In this document: piece by piece, positions 45,976 through 52,402 of the stretch | How positions within the stretch are numbered: the first letter of the stretch is position 1 | How the letters are laid out: every line of letters starts with the position of its first letter | Source: an uncultured Oscillospiraceae bacterium | GTDB taxonomy: Bacteria; Bacillota; Clostridia; Saccharofermentanales; UBA5734 | NCBI GenBank assembly: GCA_964479435.1 | Contig: CAYZME010000003.1 | Span: 1 to 52,402 of the forward strand | Direction: 5' to 3' | Length of the DNA: 52,402 bases | Notes under the pieces: generated by a model | Seen by the model: only the letters and a program-made list of their open reading frames with translations | Told to the model about the DNA's origin: nothing | The model's database searches: none | Position numbers and translations under genes: made by a program

Positions 45976-46896
45976 ATGTTGACCATCCACGCCTACGCGC
46001 CATCGCTGCAAGCGGCGGTCGCGCGGCTTTACCGGGACTATGTCGAGCAGTTGGCCATCCCCGGCTTGACCGGCGCGTTGCCGGACGACATCCGCGACAT
46101 CCCCGGCGTGTACCAGCGCGGAGGTGGGTTCTGGTTGCTGGCCGACGGGGACGACCCGGTGGGGATGATTGCCGTGCGTCCCCTGCCGGACCAGGCGGCC
46201 ACCGCCGAGATCAAGCGGCTGTTTGTCCGGCCGGAGCATCAGGGCCTGGGATATGGGACGGCCTTGCTGGGGCGGGCGCTGCGCTTTGCCGGGCAGGCGG
46301 GGTATGTGCGCGCCGTGCTGGACACGCGCCGGGACCGGGTGGCCGCGCGCAGGTTGTACGAACGATATGGATTTGCCGAGATCCCGCCTTACCACGAACC
46401 GACCCAGGCCGAGTTGTTCTTTGCGCTGGATTTGAGCCGGCAAACGGTGCCGCCGCGGCAGGTGATCTTTCCGCCGCGGACGCCGCCGCGCCCGGATTTT
46501 GTCGTCATCGCCACACGCTACCGGGAGCGGTGGGTGTATGTGCGCAACCGCGACCGCGAGACCTTTGAAATGCCGGGGGGACATGTCGAGCCCGGCGAGG
46601 ACGCGCGGGACGCCGCCCTGCGGGAGCTGTATGAGGAAACCGGGGTTGTGAGGCCGGACCGGTTCGCGTTTGTGACCGGCTACCGGATCGCGCGCGATGA
46701 GGCCGTATCGGGGGGCCATTTGTATTTTGCCGCCATCGATCGTTGGGAGCCGCTGCCGGAGTACGAAATCGCTGAGCGGCGGCTGTTTCGCACGCTGCCG
46801 GCGCAACTGACCTATCCCGACATCCAGCCGCAACTGATCGGCAAAGTACAGACCTGGCTACAGCAACGCCCGGACTTGCGCGGGCAAGAGGGGTGA
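45976..46896 (+). CDS. GNAT acetyltransferase - Nudix hydrolase fusion protein
   Basis: The N-terminal half has IKRLFVRPEHQGLGYG (GNAT motif A). The C-terminal half has a perfect Nudix box GGHVEPGEDARDAALRELYEETGV. Confidence 0.85.
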   Translation: MLTIHAYAPSLQAAVARLYRDYVEQLAIPGLTGALPDDIRDIPGVYQRGGGFWLLADGDDPVGMIAVRPLPDQAATAEIKRLFVRPEHQGLGYGTALLGRALRFAGQAGYVRAVLDTRRDRVAARRLYERYGFAEIPPYHEPTQAELFFALDLSRQTVPPRQVIFPPRTPPRPDFVVIATRYRERWVYVRNRDRETFEMPGGHVEPGEDARDAALRELYEETGVVRPDRFAFVTGYRIARDEAVSGGHLYFAAIDRWEPLPEYEIAERRLFRTLPAQLTYPDIQPQLIGKVQTWLQQRPDLRGQEG

Positions 46897-46901
46897 AGCG
46901 G

Positions 46902-47603
46902 ATGAAGCGCGGCGCCGTTGTGGTGTTTCACATCCTGCCGATCGCGGCCGCCCTGCTGGCCTGGGTGGGCGACCTGCTTTTGGGTTATGTCCAGCCGGGG
47001 GCACAAGGCCTGTTCGGCATGGCCCAGCGCGGTTGGATCGAGGTGGCGTATTGGCGGCCGCTGTGGTCGATGGCTTTCGCCGCGGTCGCTTTCCCGCTTT
47101 TTTTGCCCGGGATCTATGCCGCGTGCCGCCAAATGGCGCGCGTCTCGCCGGGGGCGACGCGGGTTTTCCTGGTGCTGGCCGCGTTGGCGGGGATGGGTGG
47201 TTTATTCATTCACGCGTTTTTTTGTGTCCCCCAGGTGATCCACCGCTATTTGTCGCAGGCGGGGCTGGAGTCCTGGGCCCTGCCGCTGACGGACCGGGTT
47301 TACGCCGTACTGACGCCGGCGATCGGGGTCGCCTTGGCGCTGTATGCTCTGGCCCTGGGCTGGCTGTTGTTTGTGGTGTCGACCGGCAGGACGCCGTATC
47401 CGCGGGGGTGGGCCGCGGCCAACCCCCTGGTGGTGGCGCTGGTCACCGTGCCGTTGTGGCTGACCCATCGTTTCTCGCCACACCTGTACGCCCTGATGCT
47501 GAGTACGCCCAACCTGGGTATGTTGTTGTTTTTTCTGGTGACAGCGGCGGATCAACGCCGGGTGCGGCGGCAACAAATCGCCTTGCCGCGCCTGGGCCTG
47601 TGA
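46902..47603 (+). CDS. Polytopic membrane protein, function unknown
   Basis: About 6 hydrophobic spans. ATG 46902 follows GAGGGGTG. It is adjacent to the GNAT-Nudix stop. Confidence 0.6.
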   Translation: MKRGAVVVFHILPIAAALLAWVGDLLLGYVQPGAQGLFGMAQRGWIEVAYWRPLWSMAFAAVAFPLFLPGIYAACRQMARVSPGATRVFLVLAALAGMGGLFIHAFFCVPQVIHRYLSQAGLESWALPLTDRVYAVLTPAIGVALALYALALGWLLFVVSTGRTPYPRGWAAANPLVVALVTVPLWLTHRFSPHLYALMLSTPNLGMLLFFLVTAADQRRVRRQQIALPRLGL

Positions 47604-47624
47604 GCCGGAAGGAGGGAAGAATCG

Positions 47625-48551
47625 ATGGATCGCGTCCATGACTTGTTGCGCGGGGCCGTTGACCTGCACACCCATACCGCGCCCTCGCTGGCGCCGCGCA
47701 GCGTCGACAGCTGGCAAATGTTACACAAGGCGGCGGCGGCCGGAATGCGCGGCGTCCTGATCAAAGACCACCATTTTCCCACCGTCCAACAGGCCTGGCT
47801 GGTCAACCGGTACGCGCGGGTGGGCGGTTGCCGGCTCTATGGGTCGATTACACTCAACCATACGGTCGGGGGGCTCAATCCCGAGGCCGTGGCCGCGGCC
47901 ATCCGTTTTGGCGCCGCCCTGATCTGCCTGCCCACTCTCTCGGCCGCCAACCACGCGGCCTACCGGCAGCGCGTCGCGGCTGAAACGGGTCAGGGCCAGC
48001 CGGGTTTGGCGCCGCCCGCGGAGGCCCCGGCGCGCGCCCCCATCGGCCTGACCGATCCGGCCGGCCGGGCCAAGCCCGAAGTATACGAAATCCTGCGCCT
48101 GGCCGCCGCCGCGGATGTGGCGGTCGCGACCGGGCATTGCAGCCTCGACGAAGCCGGCGCGGTGGTCGCGGCCGCGCAAGAGACCGGGTGCCGCAAGCTG
48201 GTGCTGACGCATTTTCCCGGATATACGACGACCCGGACCGAGGCGTTGGCGCGTGTCGCCGACGCGGGGCCGTGCTACGTCGAGTTGTGCTGGGAACTGA
48301 CGGTACGTGATCTGCCGCCCGCTTACCGGGTGACACCGGCGCAAATCGCCGCGTACATTCACGCGTTCGGACCGGAGCGGGTCGTACTGAGTTCGGATTA
48401 TGGTCACGCGCGCCTGCCCGACCCGGTCGCGGGCATGCGTGAGATGCTGGCGATGTTGCTGGAAGCAGGGTGGGATGAACAGGCGATCCGCGCCATGACC
48501 GCCCGCAATCCGGCGCGGTTGTTGGCAATGGACGAGAGCACGGCCGATTAG
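47625..48551 (+). CDS. Amidohydrolase-fold metal-dependent hydrolase-like protein (uncharacterised family)
   Basis: VDLHTHT (HxH), ATGH, LTHF and SSDYG are spaced as metal ligands of the amidohydrolase/TIM-barrel fold. SD GGAAGGAGGG. Confidence 0.6.
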   Translation: MDRVHDLLRGAVDLHTHTAPSLAPRSVDSWQMLHKAAAAGMRGVLIKDHHFPTVQQAWLVNRYARVGGCRLYGSITLNHTVGGLNPEAVAAAIRFGAALICLPTLSAANHAAYRQRVAAETGQGQPGLAPPAEAPARAPIGLTDPAGRAKPEVYEILRLAAAADVAVATGHCSLDEAGAVVAAAQETGCRKLVLTHFPGYTTTRTEALARVADAGPCYVELCWELTVRDLPPAYRVTPAQIAAYIHAFGPERVVLSSDYGHARLPDPVAGMREMLAMLLEAGWDEQAIRAMTARNPARLLAMDESTAD

Positions 48552-48588
48552 CCCCGGTTGAGAGATCGCAAAGCAGGAGGAAGAGCGT

Positions 48589-49887
48589 ATGTACGAAAAA
48601 TTTTCCCGCAGCCACTGGTTTCGCCACGACCGCTTCGGCATGTTCATCCATTGGGGATTGTATGCCATCCCCGCCCGCGGCGAATGGGTGCGCAGCCGCG
48701 AACAGCTTTCCACCGCGGATTACCAACCGTTTTTTGACACCTTCCATCCGACGGCGTTCGACCCGGCCGCCTGGGCGCGGGCGGCCAGGCAGGCCGGCAT
48801 GCGGTATATGGTGCTGACCGCCAAGCACCACGACGGATTTTGCCTGTTTGATAGCGCGTTGACCGATTACAAAGCGACCAACACCCCGGCCGGGCGGGAT
48901 CTGGTGCGCGAGATTCTCGACGCGTTCCGCGCCGAAGGTCTCAAGGTGGGGCTGTACTTTTCGCTCCTGGACTGGCACCACCCCGACTATCCGCATTTTG
49001 GCGACGCGCATCACCCGATGCGCGCGAACGCGGCTTTTGAGGGGCAAGAACACGCCTTCGACCGTTATGTCGACTATTTGCATGGGCAGGTTCGCGAGCT
49101 TTGCTCGAATTATGGCCGTTTGGACATCCTGTGGTTTGATTTTTCTTACGACGACAAGGTGGGCGAGGCCTGGCGGGCGGCCGAGCTGGTGCGGATGGTA
49201 CGCCGGTTGCAGCCCGATGTCCTGATCGACAATCGCCTGGAGACCAGCGGATCGGGATTTGGCAGCATCATCGAAGAGGAACCTTTGCCATGGAGCGGGG
49301 ATTTTGCCTCGCCGGAACAGATCATTCCCCCCACTGGCCTGGTCAACCGCCGCGGTGGGCCGATCCCCTGGGAAGCGTGTATCACGATGAACAAGAATTG
49401 GGGCTACCACGCGGGGGACCGCTATTTTAAACCGGCCTCGATGATCGTCCGCAAGCTGGTGGAGTGTGTGAGCAAGGGCGGCAATCTGTTGCTCAACGTC
49501 GGCCCGGACGCGCGTGGCCGCATGCCGCAGGCATCGTTGGATATTCTCTCCGCGGTCGGCGTGTGGATGCGCGCCAATGGCGCAAGCATTTACGGCTGCG
49601 GGCATGCCGATCTGCCCAAACCGGAATGGGGGCGGTATACACGGTGTGCCAACCGCATCTACGCGCATGTGACCGAAGCTCCGATCGGGCCGCTGCATTT
49701 GCCGGGGATCGACGCGAAGCAGATCCGGTCGGTGCGCTTTTTGGCCGACGGCAGCGAGGTGCGCCTGTCGAGCGAATGGATGACACGCGGGTATCCGGGG
49801 CAGACGTTTTTGGACGTCGACGCATGGGTCCACGATTGTCAGTTGCCCGACCCTCTGGACACGGTGTTTGAGGTGGAGCTGCTGTAA
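48589..49887 (+). CDS. Glycoside hydrolase family 29 alpha-L-fucosidase
   Basis: RFGMFIHWGLYA, YMVLTAKHHDGFCLFDS and LWFDFSY. No signal peptide. SD AGGAGGAAG. Confidence 0.9.
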   Translation: MYEKFSRSHWFRHDRFGMFIHWGLYAIPARGEWVRSREQLSTADYQPFFDTFHPTAFDPAAWARAARQAGMRYMVLTAKHHDGFCLFDSALTDYKATNTPAGRDLVREILDAFRAEGLKVGLYFSLLDWHHPDYPHFGDAHHPMRANAAFEGQEHAFDRYVDYLHGQVRELCSNYGRLDILWFDFSYDDKVGEAWRAAELVRMVRRLQPDVLIDNRLETSGSGFGSIIEEEPLPWSGDFASPEQIIPPTGLVNRRGGPIPWEACITMNKNWGYHAGDRYFKPASMIVRKLVECVSKGGNLLLNVGPDARGRMPQASLDILSAVGVWMRANGASIYGCGHADLPKPEWGRYTRCANRIYAHVTEAPIGPLHLPGIDAKQIRSVRFLADGSEVRLSSEWMTRGYPGQTFLDVDAWVHDCQLPDPLDTVFEVELL

Positions 49888-49914
49888 CGCGGCCGGCGGG
49901 TCCCGCGGACGGCG

Positions 49915-51963
49915 TTACATGCGCTCAGCCATCCGGATGTCGTTTTCGACTTCGTCGAGATAGTAGCTCCAGCCAAAAGTCATCCCCACCCGCGACATGC
50001 GGTAAGGTAAATAATGAGAGGCCCCGATCGCGGCCAGCGCGCGCCAGTGTTCCAGTCCCTGGCGAAGCTGGTCGACCGCGGCTTCTTTTTGCTCGCTGTC
50101 GCCGCTGTGTTCGTACCGAACCAGGTCGAGCGCGGCGCGGAATTTACACAACACATAGCCGCCCCATGCCCGCCAGGCGCGGATGTCTTCCCATGTACAC
50201 AGGCGCTCTCCGTGCAAGCCGCCGTGGGGCGTGACCGCATCGACCTCAGCCAGGCATTGATCGATGCGATGGAGATCGGCTGCGATGGACGCGCAAATGT
50301 CGGGCGGCGTCTCGCCCGCGGGTTTTGTGCCGGCGATTTCATGGTCCACATACTCGCGGATCCCGCAGGTGCCGACACCTGGCATGGCGCCGCAGTCCAT
50401 GAACTCGCGGATGGTTTTGAAACCGGTGGTGGCGGACAGAAAACTTTCGGGATGCCACTGGTAGTCGTAATGGAGCCAATGCAGGCGGTTGAGCGCGCAC
50501 ATCATACGTGTCCCGGACTGCAGTGCCCGGTACACGGCCTCCCCGATGTCCTCGCCATATCGCTCGCGATGCCTGGCGATCCAGAACGATTCGTCCAGGT
50601 CCGGGTTATAGGCCAGGCGCCCCATCGACGCAAATTGCAGCCAGTGCTTTTGAAACGCGTAATCCCACTCCACATGCTTGTGCGGGACGTGTTGCCATTC
50701 CCCGGCCCACACATAGCCGTCGGCGCCCCAGTAAAACCCATGCACATACGGCTTTTTCATGCCTTTGATATAGGCCGAGACAAAAGCCGGGTCGCCGCCG
50801 CGCAGGTTGTGGAAATCGTCGTTGCGCACCGTGTAGAGGACACGGATCTCGTTTGCGTCCATCTCCGACCAGGGCTGCCACAGTTCTTCGAAGCGGGGCA
50901 GCGGGTGCGAATACATATGGGCGTTGGAGTATTTCCAGCTGATGTATTTTTCGTCGGTGGGGTAGCGGTCCAGAAATTTCTTTTTGGCGATCGTGCCGTT
51001 GCTCATATTGGTGCGGTGAATAAAGGGCACCGGCACCCCCAGTTCCAGCAAGGCCTCGAGGTATGTGTCCACCACCCAGTCCTCGCGTTCTTCCGGCGAA
51101 CCGATCAGTTCCTCGCTGTTGGAGGTGCCCAGGCCTGTGAGATCCGGATAGGCCAGCATCAGCGTTTGGATGGCCTCGCGAAAATAGGCGCGAATGGCCG
51201 GCTGGTGCTGCCGCAAGGCGATGGAGCGCGGGTCATGCGACTGGCGCCCCAGCTCGGCGGGCAGGCCCAGGCCCCTGGCGATGGCCGGCGATATGCGCAG
51301 GTTCCAGGTGATCAGGTATGTGCGGATGCCCAGGCTTTTGGCGTAACGGAAGATAAAGCGGTAGACCTCGGCGGCTTGCTCGATCTGGTCGTCTGAATAA
51401 GGCGTGGCGTCGGGGAATCGCGCCAGACGGAACATGTGCTCAAAAGGATTTTCGGACCACAGGCTGAGGCAATTGTAGCGGTTGGTGGCGAGTTGATCGA
51501 TGTAGGCCCGCCAAAAATCCCGATCCATGCAGACCGCTTCATTGTGCGTAAAGGGATCGCCTTCGGCATATGGCTGATACGGCAGGTTGAACTTGACCCC
51601 GCGCCAGGCGAGAAAAGGCTGTTCGGTTTTTTCTGTGACAGCATCAAAGCCGGACAGGCGGATGGTTTCCGCCACATCCAGCATGCCGTACATCGCGCCG
51701 CTTTCGTCCGCGCCCGTGATGTAGACGGTTTGGTCTTCTTTCCGTATGGAGAACCCTTCGGCCGGCGCCGTGTGATCGGCGGCCAGTGAGATCACGACGC
51801 GAGGTTCGCCCGGCGCCTCCCGGATCATACGCGAGCGTTCGACAGAGCAGTGGATGTGGCGGCTTTGGCAGGCTTGCCGCAGCGCGCGAACGCCGAAGCG
51901 GATGCGCTCGGAGGGGAAGTGGATACCGGGGATCGTCATGGCATCAGGGGTATAGATCAGCAT
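49915..51963 (-). CDS. Putative glycoside hydrolase, family unassigned (GH20b/GH67N-like N-domain plus TIM barrel)
   Basis: GFSIRKEDQTVYITGADESGAMYGMLDVAETIRL is the beta-alpha sandwich seen at the N-terminus of GH20/GH67/GH115-type enzymes. RGVKFNLP and NRYNCLSLWSENPF barrel strands follow. AAAGGAGG lies 5 nt before ATG 51963; the ORF-track start 52092 adds an implausible N-terminus. Confidence 0.6.
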   Translation of the reverse strand: MLIYTPDAMTIPGIHFPSERIRFGVRALRQACQSRHIHCSVERSRMIREAPGEPRVVISLAADHTAPAEGFSIRKEDQTVYITGADESGAMYGMLDVAETIRLSGFDAVTEKTEQPFLAWRGVKFNLPYQPYAEGDPFTHNEAVCMDRDFWRAYIDQLATNRYNCLSLWSENPFEHMFRLARFPDATPYSDDQIEQAAEVYRFIFRYAKSLGIRTYLITWNLRISPAIARGLGLPAELGRQSHDPRSIALRQHQPAIRAYFREAIQTLMLAYPDLTGLGTSNSEELIGSPEEREDWVVDTYLEALLELGVPVPFIHRTNMSNGTIAKKKFLDRYPTDEKYISWKYSNAHMYSHPLPRFEELWQPWSEMDANEIRVLYTVRNDDFHNLRGGDPAFVSAYIKGMKKPYVHGFYWGADGYVWAGEWQHVPHKHVEWDYAFQKHWLQFASMGRLAYNPDLDESFWIARHRERYGEDIGEAVYRALQSGTRMMCALNRLHWLHYDYQWHPESFLSATTGFKTIREFMDCGAMPGVGTCGIREYVDHEIAGTKPAGETPPDICASIAADLHRIDQCLAEVDAVTPHGGLHGERLCTWEDIRAWRAWGGYVLCKFRAALDLVRYEHSGDSEQKEAAVDQLRQGLEHWRALAAIGASHYLPYRMSRVGMTFGWSYYLDEVENDIRMAERM

Positions 51964-52102
51964 GGAAGCCTCCTTTGGTGGCGCCATAGCGCCGTGCGGA
52001 TGCCCGTGCAGGCACGTACCAATCATACCTGATAAGGGGATGGATACCATCTGACAGGGGGTGTGAGAAAAAGAAGAACCAGCGTGTTCCAATTTAAAAT
52101 AT

Positions 52103-52402
52103 TTATGGTTGAAGAATAACCTTCATCAGCCCTGGTTCACCTTTTTGAAGTTTCTTGAACCATATTGCACCTTCAGAGAGAGGTGCGACAGCGCTTATAA
52201 AAGAGTCAATATCGACCCTCCCGGCAGAAATCCACTCGAGACATTTTGGGTATTCGCCTGCAGAAGAGCAAGAGCCGTAAAGGGTGAGTTGTTGCGTGAC
52301 AACCGATTGTAGAGGGAAGTCGACTGATTGGCTCAAATTGCCCACCAGCACGAGCGAGCCGCCTTTGCGTAAAGAAGCAATCGCAGTCGTCAAGGTTGGC
52401 GT
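52103..52402 (-). CDS. Zinc-type (MDR) alcohol/polyol dehydrogenase, C-terminal part (gene runs off the window)
   Basis: ..LRKGGSLVLVGN..x..LTLYGS..x..ISAVAPLSEGAIWFKKL..GLMKVILQP is a typical sorbitol/threonine-DH-like C-terminus. The frame stays open to nt 52402. GC drops to ~42% here. Confidence 0.75.
   Translation of the reverse strand, partial: TPTLTTAIASLRKGGSLVLVGNLSQSVDFPLQSVVTQQLTLYGSCSSAGEYPKCLEWISAGRVDIDSFISAVAPLSEGAIWFKKLQKGEPGLMKVILQP

Noticed and set aside
47875-49833. 652-aa minus-strand ORF antisense to the amidohydrolase-like and GH29 genes; similar shadows at 50014..51396 (+), 21390..22598 (-), 23765..25888 (-) and 14726..15769 (-)
   Set aside because: They have R/P/A/G-dominated composition, no SD-linked starts and no family motifs, and each overlaps a strand with clear homology-supported coding sequence.
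1-52402. Searched by eye for CRISPR arrays, tRNA/rRNA genes, integrase or att sites, toxin-antitoxin pairs and known multi-gene defence systems
   Set aside because: I found no regularly spaced 25-40-bp repeats with unique spacers, no cloverleaf-like or rRNA-like segments, no tyrosine or serine recombinase motifs, and no small paired ORFs. This absence call needs confirmation with tRNAscan-SE, Infernal/Rfam, CRISPRCasFinder and DefenseFinder/PADLOC.

Overview
This is a 52.4-kb bacterial chromosomal window, read by eye with no searches run. I support 41 protein-coding genes, three gene stumps or pseudogenes, one truncated IS256-family element, several hairpin terminators and several repeat arrays. 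I found no rRNA, tRNA or CRISPR array. Composition is mosaic (hand-sampled lines). Nt 1-6400 is about 30-40% GC and holds accessory or decaying DNA: an IS256 stump, a lipoprotein, an HExxH protein without a canonical start, a C-N hydrolase, a stand-alone AAA+/PD-(D/E)xK ATPase preceded by 3x23-bp repeats, an LD-carboxypeptidase stump and a GNAT. A ~50% GC GH3 gene follows. From ~9 kb to 52.09 kb the DNA is ~60-65% GC, then drops again in the last 300 nt. The high-GC part carries housekeeping genes: GTP-PEPCK, pirin, a deaminase, a UDG-family protein, HD, HAD, MATE, and a CysK-like gene with an amino-acid ABC transporter. It also carries a fused rubredoxin/ferredoxin/rubrerythrin/QueG-like redox cluster. 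There are many signal-peptide-less glycoside hydrolases: GHL6-like, GH2, two tandem GH67 paralogues, GH29, one unassigned, and a beta-helix protein. Other loci are a GT2 synthase plus Wzy/O-antigen-ligase-like pair beside an OmpR/HK two-component system, a flavin-reductase/flavodoxin/aldolase/TIM-barrel operon, a kinase-less 5xPASTA membrane protein, an HTH-less LacI-type protein and a GNAT-Nudix fusion. Strong AGGAGG-type SD sites plus anaerobe-type redox genes suggest a high-GC Bacillota (Clostridia-like) host, but that is inference. I see no canonical defence, prophage or toxin-antitoxin system; the most unusual loci are listed as findings. The many long R/A/G/P-rich ORFs antisense to real genes are treated as high-GC shadow ORFs.
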